Below the pieces are notes generated by a model. The model saw nothing but the letters and a program-made list of their open reading frames with translations, searched no databases and was not told the DNA's origin. Below, piece by piece: positions 37,501 to 49,500 of a stretch of DNA of 64,000 nt. The stretch is from Lama glama (taxonomy: Eukaryota), in contig CM052816.1 of NCBI GenBank assembly GCA_028534125.1, positions 32,862,001-32,926,000 of the forward strand. The letters run 5' to 3'. Each line of letters opens with the position of its first letter. The stretch's first letter is position 1. The position numbers and the translations under genes were made by a program.

Positions 37501-40500
37501 CAGTGTAGGAGGGTTCCCTTTTCTCCATACTCTCTCTAGCATTTGTCATTTATAGACTTTTGAATAATGGCCATTCTGACTAGTGTGAGGTGATGCCTCG
37601 TTATAGTTTTGATTTGCATTTCTCTGATAATTGATGTTGAGCATTCTTTTCATGTGCCTATTGGCCATTTGTAAGTCTTCATTGGAGATTTGCTTGTTTA
37701 GATCTTTTGGTCATTTTTGGATTGGGTTGTTTGTTTTTTTGTTTTATGAGCTGTTAATATATTCTGGAAATTAAGCCTTTGTCAGTCGCATCATTTGCAA
37801 ATATTTTCTCTTATTCCACAAGTTGTTTTGTTTTGCTTATGGTTTCCTTTGCGGTGTAAAAGCTTATAAGTTTAATTAGGTCCCATTTGTTTATTTTTGC
37901 TTTTATTTCTATTGCCTGGTAGATTGCCCTAGGAGAATATTGGCTGAGATTTACATCAGAGAATGTTTTGTCTAGATATCTACATTCTTAAGTTCATAGC
38001 GGCATTATTTGTAAGAGCCAAGACATAGAAACAGTTAGACGAAAGAGTGGATAAAGATGTGAAATATTATTCAGCCATAAAAAAGAGCATCCTGCGATTT
38101 GTGCTCTGGGTGGACGTTGAGGGTGTTATGCAAAGTGGAATAAGTCAGACAAGGACAGATACTATATGGTCTCACTTACATGTGAAATCTGAAAACAAAG
38201 CAAAACTCATAGAAAAAGAGATCAGATTTGTGGTTACCAGAGGGTGCGTGTGTGTGTGTGTGTGTAGAGGGGAACTGTAGGAGGTGGTCAAAAGGCACAA
38301 ACTGAGAGGATAAGTACTAGGGATGTAATGTACACGATATATAGTACACGATACATAGTACACGATGACAGTAGGTAATAGTGCTGTGTGATATGTAAAA
38401 GTTAAGTGACTACATCCTCAAAGTTCTCATTACACGAAAATTTTGTTTGCCTTTTCTTTTTATTGTATCTATATGAGATGAGGGATGCTAAGTAAACTTA
38501 CTTGCAGTAATCATTTCATAGTATGTAAGTCAAACCATTCTGCTGTACACTGTAAACTTATGTAACGTTGTATGTCAGTTGTCTCAAAAGTGGGGAAAGA
38601 AGAATTAAACGCAGTTTTTAGGTCACTGATACATGAAGAGTTGATGGGCTATATGCCTTTAGTTTTAAAAAAAATTAATCATGTTGTACACCTGAAGCTA
38701 TATAATAGTAAATATTAATTACCTCTAAATTAAAAAAAATTTTTAGCCATTCTGATGGGAATGTAATCTATCATTTTGTTTTTGATTTACCTTTTCCTGA
38801 AGTTAATGATGTTGACCACATTGACATATTCTTATTGGCCATTTAAATGTCTTTTATTAACTACCCACTTATATATTACCCATTTTTTAAACATTGGTTT
38901 ACTTGTCTTAATATATATAGGACCTCTGGGTTTGAGTATATGGTGAATGTCTCTGATTTATGTAATCTTCCCCTTTGACTTTGTTAATGGAGACTTTGAT
39001 GAAGAGAAACAATTACATATGTCACTGATGTGTAAAACTTGTAGGTGAACCTGTCTTAACTGTTACAGTTTTAAATGTAATATCTGTCAAGGTTGATTTA
39101 TAATAAAATAACAATTTTTTCTTTTTTTCTTTATTTTTTTTAACATTTTTTATTGCTTTATCATCATTTTACAATGTTGTGTCAAATTCCAGTGTTCAGC
39201 ACAATTTTTCAGTCGTTCATGGACATATACACACTCATTGTCACATTTTTTTCTCTGTGAGTTATAACATTTTGTGTATATTTCCCTGTGCTATACAGTG
39301 TAATCTTGTTTATCTATTCTACAATTTTGAAATCCCAGTCTATCCCTTCCCACCCTCCACCCCCCTGGTAACCACAAGTCTGTATTCTCTGTCCATGAGT
39401 CTATTTCTGTCCTGTATTTATGCTTTGTTTTTGTTTGTTTGTAAAATAACATTTTAAGCTGTGTCTCAAGCCATAGAGTCGGGTAGGCCTTGGTTTCAAA
39501 ATAAGGGAAAATAGCATACATGAATTGTAACATAAACCCATATGATTGCCTTAATTACATTGTCTTGTGTATGTAAGTGTTAAGATTTGGGGAAGTGGGA
39601 ATCTATGAAATCTCTGTCACTGAGCCTTCAGAATTTTATTCTGGAAAAGGTATATAGTTTTGGTATAGGACAAGAAAACTTTTTGGTAACATGTATGTAT
39701 TTCTGTACTCAATTTGTCATTTCTAGAGGTAGGAAATACAAATAATGTCTTTTTTCCCTATATGCTATAGAGCAGTTTTTAAGTAAGTATATTCATCTAG
39801 TTCTTAGAATCAGGAACAAAAGGTTTAGCATAATTAAGAGTACACAGAAATACGTTAGGTTTTGTGGAGGGGCTTAAATTGGGAGTAACAGCTGACACCC
39901 TGAGAGAACTATAGATGTGCCTTTATTGAGGAAGGTAGAAAGAGGTACATGAACCAACAAGAGAAAGAGAGAAAAGACAAAAGGAATGGGTAGAAATAGC
40001 TCCTTCACACCCGTACCTTGTAGGCGATTCAGGCCTGTGCATGCTGTAACGTCTTCTGCGCCTGTGATTGGTTAGGGGGTGCTGACTATAGGGAAGAGGA
40101 GGAACTCCAGCGCAAAAGATGCCTGGTGGTCTCTAGCCACTGAGAATCCAAAGCCTTTTTCACTTGGGGGTGAAGTAGGGAAGGACTGTCAGAGAATACA
40201 AATGTTATTTGAAGGAGAACTTTAAGGCTTGGAGAGACCAGTGTTGTGTTGTTTTTAAACCAGAAGCCCAGGCTTTAAGTTAGATTAAGCGTGGCTTCTC
40301 TGGTTGAAGGAAAAGGTGAGGGTTAGATATAATTTCAGTTCTGAGATTTGTTCTCCCAGCTCTTCTTCCTTTGGGCCTCTTTTGAGGCGCTGCTGAGGGA
40401 AGGCAGTTTTAGGACCATTAATCCAGTTCACTGGTTTTCTTTTGCATTTACAACCCCACCCCCAGCCCCTCCCTCCCTTGCAAATGTGGTTGTAGGTGTA

Positions 40501-43500
40501 CTCTTGGAATCTGTCCATTTAAATGTTAATATTAGTCACAGTTCAGTTTTCATATTTGAAAAAGTTTTGTTTGTGTAAGACATTTTTCATTGTATAGCTT
40601 GGTACAGGTAGATTGGTGGTTACTGTGAATCAAATCCATATGTGATCCCCAGTGACTTTCCACGGATTGGGAACCACTGATGTATTCTATTTTGACATCT
40701 TAACGGTTCTGGATCCAATTATAGTGTATTTGGGGGTGGGGAGGTGTTTCCCCACACCGCCAAGCAATTTATGGACATTACTTGAGTGTCCTACAATTCG
40801 GCTCCATGCTTACACTGTCCACCCGGAGATAGCATCAGATTCCACAGGTTAAGGGCTCAGTCCCACAAGATTGTCCTCTGCTTCAGATGTCAGTTCAGAT
40901 GATCATCTGTGCTTCTGACCCGCTTCCTTGGGTTTGTTTAATTTGCTATAGTGATTTCACAGAACTCAGAGACATTTTTCTTACTGGCCAGTTTATTATA
41001 AAAGGATATAACCTGGAAGTAGCCAGGTGGAAGTATAGGGCAAGGATAGGGAAAGGGTGAGAAGCTTTTCTGCTCTCTCCTAGCACACCACTTTCCCCAA
41101 ATCTCCATGTGTTCACCAACTCAGAAGCTCTCCTTCCGGGTTTTTAATGGGGGCTCATTACGTAGGCATGATTAATTAAATCATTGCCCATTGGCAGTTG
41201 AGCTTAATCACCAGCCTTTTTCCCCTCCCTGAAAAGGGGAGGGTGGGGGGGGTCACTGAAAGTGCCAACCCTCTTAATCACCCAGCAGCCAGCTTCTAGA
41301 TGGGGGTCCAAAAGTCACCTAATTAACATAACAAAAGACGCCTTAGTTGCTTTGTTATTTAAGACTTTCCATGGGTTTTGGAGCTCTGTACCTGAAAGGA
41401 GGACAGTGACCAAATATGTATTATTGTAAATCACAGTATCACACCTCCCTTCATTGAAGAGGTGAAGAAACTTAGGCTCAGATATGTAGGGATATTTTTC
41501 CATAGTGAACAGTTGAGTCGAGGCAGAGCTAGAACTAGACCCTGGAATATTCTGACTTTTTGCCTAATGTTTCCATGTCTTTAATAGCCTGGGTATTTCT
41601 GAATTTTTGTCTTTGAAATAAACATTTTAATGAACTGCAGGTCTAACAGCAAAACTTGAATATTATCATCCAAATTTGTTATTTCCAGGTCTTTGAAGAA
41701 ACTGGTTTTGATATTAAAGATTATATTTGTAAGGATGACTACATTGAACTTCGAATCAATGACCAGCTTGCTCGTTTGTACATTATTCCAGGAATTCCAA
41801 AAGATACAAAATTTAACCCAAAAACCAGAAGAGAAATTCGGGTATGTAATTCAAAAGTATTTTCAGTTTGCTGGGTATCCCAATTTAATGATGTTAGGAA
41901 ATTGCTTTTGTAAATTCCTTTATAATAACTAACTAAATGAATTATTTTCTTGTCTTATAGAACATTGAGTGGTTCTCCATTGAGAAATTGCCCTGTCACA
42001 GAAATGATATGACCCCCAAATCCAAACTTGGTTTGGCACCTAACAAATTTTTTATGGCCATTCCTTTTATCAGGTATGTTCATACTTCTTGAAATATAAA
42101 ACTGTGTAATTCTGATAGTTTCTTTACATAGCCAAATTTTTAAAGTGAGTTCTTAATGTTTCCATAGGCCGTTAAGGGACTGGCTTTCTAGAAGATTTGG
42201 AGATTCCTCCGATAGTGACAATGGATTTTCCTCAGCTGGTAGCACACCAGCTAAACCCACTGTGGAAAAATTGAGGTAAAGAAATATATTCGTAGGATTC
42301 TGGCTTTTTGATAGTTTTTAAGTATAGTAGTGTTTTGTTTCTAAAGTTTGCGGAGGTGTTGGCTTCATTTTTATAGATACTGTTTTGTTACTAGTCTCAC
42401 AGATAATAGGTTGGGTTTTTTTTTAAGGTTTTTTAAAATGAGATATAAAGGTTAATTGAAGTTGGAAGGAGCTTCAGGCGCATTTCAGGGTACTATACAC
42501 AAGAGGGTACCAACTTTTTAGATGGGTAGATAGACTATGAGGAAAAGAAAAAAATCTTTGTATTTATACTGTTACTTCTCTGTTGTCATATCCTTGCTTT
42601 AGAAATAATTGAGTTTGTGAAGATGGTTGAGTGGGGGATATATTGAAGTCTGTTTTTGTGTAGGGAAGATGAGGGATGCTGATGTGTAATTGGTTCAGAA
42701 AGCACTGCGAGGACTCGAACGTGCTTCTTTTCTTTCCCTAGCATACACTGTATATTGTAAAGAGTGACTGTTACGTGGATATGAACCACAAAAAACATTC
42801 TCTTGGTTGAAATTTAATTGTATCCAAATTACAATTAGAGAGTAGGCTGAGTAAGTAAATTTTGTTAGATAAATATATATATATGTATTTGTAATCAGCT
42901 TGCTAGCACTTTGTCTTTGTTTAGGTTCAGAGAAATAGTTGCTTTTTATATTTTCTCTAGATGTTCTGTTTTTACCCTAGAGCTTCAAGAATTTAACAAT
43001 GGGACTAAATACATCTACAGTCAATATTTTTTAAGTATGTAGAGAATATTCCCATTTTAGTTGGATTTTATAAAATAAAAATCAGGAGATTGGCCTAAGT
43101 GCCTTGAAAGTCATTTCTGCCTTTCAGAATCTAAGATTATAGTCACCAAGTTATATACTACTGGACATAAGTGAAGCAGTATAGAAAAAGTAGACAGGAA
43201 TGTAGTCAAGATCTAAAAAAAAAAAAAGAAAATCACTACTAAAAAGTTACGGGCTAGTGACAATGTTTGAAAAGAAATTGTGTCACTGTTCATGTTTGGG
43301 AGAATGTATCCACTGTAGTGTGTGAAAAGATTCCCGCATTTTTAAGTCATTCCTAGGGTTTGTGGTCCGGGAGAGTGGAGTAAGGAGGTCATAAAGCAAC
43401 TTCTCTAACCAAATTGCAGGTTTCTTCGGGGAGGGTATAGTGTCTGTTTTTAGCATATAGACTAATGTCTGATGATGTGTGGGAGGAATTATCTGAATTT

Positions 43501-46500
43501 TGTCTAAAGAAAGAGAGCCTGCAGTTTTATTAGTTTTTAAATGGAAAGGGGAAGAATTCTGGAATATTCAGAAACAATCTTAATGTGGATCTTGGGATTA
43601 GTGCCTCTGAACTGTGTTATACATGGATGTGGTGCTATAGAATAGGGTTTATTTTTAGGAAAAACTACTTTTACGGTTGAATTGTTTTGCGTAAGAATTT
43701 GAAAGTGGATCTTTATATAAGTTGCTCTTTCATTGTTTTGGGCCCATGAATTTTTTGCTGTACACTATGGCTTAATTTTTTAAATCCTCTTCGGCTGACC
43801 AGTGTAGTTTTGAGTTTACATCCTAGTAAAGAATTGAGTTGTCTGTCCTATTAAGAAGAAAGATCCAGTTATATTTGTTTCAACTAAATTTAGAAAGAAT
43901 TATTTTCTTGTGATTTTTGAAAGTACAGTCACTTATAGGGAGGTGGTCTGGATAATTTAGAAAAGTTTGGGGTTAAAAATAACAGATTTTTAATTCATTC
44001 AAGAAATACGGAATGCTCGGCACTGGGGATTAAGTGATAGATAAAACTGACAAGAATCCCCTGCCTTCAGGGGAGGGAGATAGTAAATAAGAAAGTAAAA
44101 TTTACAGTCTGTAAGATAAACGATCAAGGTGTTAGAAGAACTGTTAGTGAACATTTTCTGATCTGATTTTTATTTTTTAAATCTTGGTGTAGTCGAACCA
44201 AATTCCGCCACAGTCAGCAGTTATTTCCTGAAGGTTCTCCTGGTGACCAGTGGGTAAAGCACAGGCAACCACTGCAGCAAAAACCGTATAATAATCATTC
44301 TGAAATGTCTGACCTTTTAAAAGCAAAGGTGAGTAATACACATTTAAAGATTTTCACAATTTTAGATCATTTGACTGAAATGTTTGAGTTGAGGAATTGC
44401 TGATTGACAGTTACAGGCTCTGAATTGTTAATCAAAGGCTCCTGTGCTCCTGATTTGTGGTTTGAAGCAGGGCTGAGACTCTTAAAGCTTTACAGCTTTG
44501 GTATAAATCCGGTATAATAATAGTATTAACATCTGATTTTTGGTGTATATGCTACTAGTGAAAGATTCATTACTATGTTGTATTCTGACATATGATTATA
44601 TCACAGTTTATCCAGTCTACTCTTAGTGGACATGTTGGTTGTTTCTACTTTGGGGCTTTTACAAATCATACTGCTATGAATACTTCCGTACATGTCTTTT
44701 GATGAACATACATAGTTCTTTTGGTGTACAAGATTGGGTAGAAGTGTTGGAACACTGGATAGGCCTGTGCTGAGTATATACTTACTACAAACAGTATTCT
44801 CAAGTAATTTATATCCCCAGCAAGATATATGAGAGTTCCAGTTGTTCCATATCCTTACTCATCCTTGGTATTACCTGTCTTTATTGTCTTAGCTCTCTAT
44901 TTGAGTGTCACTGTTCCTTTTTATTTTCATTCTTTTAAAAATGTACTGGCTTTCTCAAAATTAGAAACTTGAATGCATCAGAGGTCACTGTCAAACAAAT
45001 GAAAAGACAACCCATGGAATGAAAGAATTTGCAGATGACATATCCAATGAATTTAAAACTGGGTAAATGATATGAGTAGACGTTTCTTTAAAGAATATAT
45101 ACAAGTGGCCAATAAGCACTTGAAAAGATGCTCAACATCATTAGTAAAATGCAAACCACAATAAGATTCTTACCTATTAGTGTGGCTCTAGTTAAAAAAT
45201 GGAAAATAATAAGTGTTGGCAAGAATGTGCTAAAATTGGAACCCTCTTGCATTTCTGGGGGGAATGTAAAGTGGTGCAGCTGTCTGGGAAAAATCTGATG
45301 GTTCCTCAAATGTTAAACATGGATTACCACGTGACCCAGCAATTCCACTTTGAGGTATATTGCATATATAGGTCTTTTGTGTACAGAATTGTAAGTGGGG
45401 ACTGAAAGATAACTTGTATACCAGTGTTCGTAGTAGCATTATTTATAATAGCTAAAAGGTAGAAACAAACCACATGTCTGTCAGCAGATTAATGGATAAA
45501 CAAAATATACTTACAATGGAATATTATTCAGCCTTAAAAAGGAATGAAATTGTGGTACATACATGCTACAACATGGATGAACCTTAGACATATGCTGAGT
45601 GAAATAAGCCACAAAATGAAGGACAAATTCTTTTTTTCCACTTACATGAGGTGCTTAGTATAGACATTTATAGAGACAGAAATTAACTTGAGGTTACCAG
45701 GGCTGAGGTACAGGAGGGAATATGGAATTATTTAATGGGTACAAAGTTTCTGTTTGGATGATGAAAAAGTTCTGGGGATGGATTCTAGTGGTGATAATAC
45801 ACATTGTGACTATACTTATGACCATTGAATTGTATGTTTAAAAGTGGTTGAAGTGGTACATTTTACGTATATTGAACCACAATAAAAAATAAATATAAGG
45901 GAGAATGGAATGAAATGGAATTAAAAGTTCGTGGTAACAATAGTCTCTAAAAGCCGTATTTCCCTTGCCATTCATTCTTTAAGTTAGATTATTCTTTTCA
46001 AGCTATTTTAGGAACTGCCTAATTTTTTTCTGTAGATAGATACAATATACCTAAATAAATGTGTATTTATATATTTTAAAACAATGTTTCATTCAGTCTT
46101 CTTAAATAGCTGTCTTTTCAGGACCTCTAAGGCCAAATTAGTGTTTTAAAGCTTTGTGTTTTAAGTTAAACTTTGAATTTTTTTTCTAAGAATTAACTCA
46201 TGTTAAAGCAGTACAACAGCAAGATGTCAACTATTGCATGTTTAGGTTTTAGGTCTGAATTTAGGAATAATGGCCCAGATTTTAAAAACACCAATCTATT
46301 TTGTATAAAAGATGATTAATTTAGAAATCCTCATTTGTTTATTACTAATTTAAAGCAGATTTCAGCGTACCCAGTGATAACATCTGCTGCCTATTTGCTG
46401 CTCTAAGAACTGTGGTCAGTGTGCCTCATCCTTCTCTGACAGAGAGGCTTTCTTCAGTCGCATAAGGTTTTCAGAGTTGTTCCTCTCCTTACTCCCATTC

Positions 46501-49500
46501 TTTAACTCCTCATGCTTTGTAAATAGTTTGTGAGCAGAAATGGGATAAGGCAAGAGGTGTGGAAAGATTTCTAGGGACCGTCGTATTTGTTATTTTATAT
46601 CTTCAGAGAAATCTTGCTTTGTGATGCTTGTCTTCTATGAGAAAATGTATTGATAGTGGGTCTCCAGTGTTGTAGGAAGATTTTCAGGGGCTTTGCTGAA
46701 CTCTTGATTCAACCAGCTAAACGTATTCATGGGGTATATTCTTTTACCTTGTTATATTATGCTGTGGGTTTATATTTCATTTCTTTTTATTGCAAAAAAC
46801 AGAATCAAAGTATGAGAGGAAATGGCAGAAAACAGTATCAAGACTCACCTAATCAAAAGAAAAGAACAAATGGGGTCCACAGCCAACCGGCCAAGCAGCA
46901 GAATCCCCTGATGGTAAGAGTTACAGCTCATGCTAGAAAGACAGGTCATGCTTTTTAAGAGCAGGGCAAGGCATGCTGAATTGATAAATTGACAGGATTT
47001 TTGTGAACCTTTTGCTCTGTGTGCACTATTCACTCACTAAGAAACTCTTTGCTTACTCTCAATATAACATTGATTCAGTTGCGCATCTAATCTTTGCTTT
47101 ATGTGGATATTTAATTTATTTTAATACTATGAAAACTATATAGTTAAACCTGGTTTTCTGTCTATATTTTTCTAAACCGTCTGTATTCTAATGAAGTTAA
47201 AAGTTTGGAAGAACATCAGTTTATTTTTTTTTCCTTCAAGTTGATGGAATTTAGAAGACTAAAAGTACTCACAGGCAGTGCCATAGTCATTAGACAAAGC
47301 TGAGAGACAAATACCTGTGAGCATTTTAAGGCATTTACTTCTGTTCGTTTAGTCTGTGCTCCAGAAAGTAACTCATAACTAATAGTCTCCTTGCTTATCT
47401 TTTCTGTAATTCCTGCTGTTAGTATGTTGAATTTTCTTATTGTAGCTTCACTTATTTTTCTTTAACAGTGGATGATAATAGTAATCTCAGGTTTTTAGCA
47501 AAAGTGTTTTACCTGCATTCCCTAGGTGCTGTTTAATTTGGGGTGTGCTGATTTTGCTAGTGAACACACGTTAAAGATCAGTTTACAGTTAAGATTCGTG
47601 ACAGGAACAAAGAAGAGAGTCTTAATAGATGGTCAAAGGCTTTTAATATGATTCAAATCTGTCCCGAACAAAAGCTGGACAGATTAAAATAACAATATTA
47701 TACAAATGTTAATTCTCTTCAAAGTAATATATAGATTTAATTCAGTACCAATCAAAATCTTTGTGTATTGTTTTTTTAGGGGGGGAACATCGCAAATGAC
47801 TCATTAGTCAAGAAGAACTTGAATAGATTTTTTAAAAGTTTTTAAAAGAAAGTTGATGGTGGAGGACAAGTATATGAATAGCTTTTAAGGAAGAAATAAA
47901 AGTGTCTGATAAATGTAAAAATATGTAACCAAGGAAGGTAAATTAAAATTGCACTCCACTTTTCCCTGTCAGATTGGCAAAGATGAAAAGATGGCCAGTT
48001 ATGTATTGTTGAGTGCATTGGCAACACTTAAAAATTACAAATTGGTGCAGCTTTGTGGTTATGTTGAAAGCCTGAAAAAGTTCCTACCTTGTTTCCCTAG
48101 AAGAGAACTTTAAAGAATATTCACCCCTTACTCTTAATTATGAAAACATGGAAGCAATCTAAATATCCAAGAAGATAATAGTAAATGCAGTGCCACAGAT
48201 GTATGCCATAGACTACCATGCAGTCATGAAAAGCAATGTCGTAGATTGGTTTATTGAAAAAGGAAAATGGTCATAGTATATTACATTTAAAAAGTAGGTT
48301 ATAGAATAGTAGTATGTATTGAATAATTCTTTTTAATTGTTAAATAATTAGTGAAAATAGTCCCATGTATCTTCATAGAAAAAAGCTGGAAAGATGGACT
48401 GTATTGTTAATAGTAATTATCTCTGGGTTGAGAAGTGCAATGAATAATTTTCTTTTTTCTGATGTTCCTATATTATGTGTGTAATCAAGAACTAAAAATT
48501 GTTTTAGGCTTAAAAAAAAATTTAAAAACACCAGTGGGAGAATGGGGATGGTGACTGTATTCCTGGTTTAATTTTCTTTCTAAGAAATCTGATAATGTAT
48601 CTTCTCATTTATAAAGAAGTGAAGTTACTGGAGGTGGTATGTTATGTGTTTGTGTTATTTTTAATAGAAATGTGAAAAAAAACTTCATCCACGAAAACTT
48701 CAGGATACTTTTGAAACAGGCAAGTCACTTTCTTTTAAAAAAATCTCTGCCTGGTGGGGATTTGGTTTGGTCTTGAAGTAACCTTGGTTTTGGTGGTTGT
48801 GATAACTGTGATAGGTAAGCTGAAAGAGTTGAATACAGCCTGGAGAGAGCGAGCGAGCGTTCATATATGTGGTCAAGTTCTCTAAATATGAAACTGGCTA
48901 AAATGAACTTACTTAAATGATAAAGATGAAATTATTCGCACTTTCAACGTGCTGTTTCTTTTGTGAATGTCAAGCCCTGGTGCTGTGCATGAATATTGTA
49001 AAACAATTGCTTGAGGGTTAGAGGGAGAGTAGAACCAAGTATTTTAATGGTGAGGAAACTTCATTGTCACATGTACGCAAGGGGAGTGCTGATTTCAGAA
49101 GGGGAACATTTCTTCCTTCGTGGAGATACTGACCATCTTGTTAAGGTGGTACTAAGCATAGCCTTCATTAAAATGACAGTTGGGACTTCTCCATCCTCAG
49201 GAAGAGTAGGTGTGTGATCTGACTTGGAAAGTAATGCTGGGGAATGAGGAGGCTCTTTGGTCAAACTGATGTAATAGACGTTATTTGGAAGTGCAGTAGA
49301 CTGATTTTTTTCTTAGATGCCTTTTCGAATTGTATGAAATTACTATGCAGCAGATAAGCATGCATTTACCAGCTGTATTTAAGGCTTTCATATGGAAAAC
49401 TCTTTAAGAATTGAGAAGCATTATAATAATTTTTTCTTGTATTACTGCCTATGATTTAAGCAAGATAGAAGCTATTTTAAAAGAGGTACTTTAACCCTAT

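Noticed and set aside
38329..38367. Short tandem duplications (gtacacgatacata repeats; also atgtcacctgttt twice at about 63085)
   Set aside because: Ordinary slippage duplications with no spacer structure; not CRISPR-like, and the DNA is eukaryotic.
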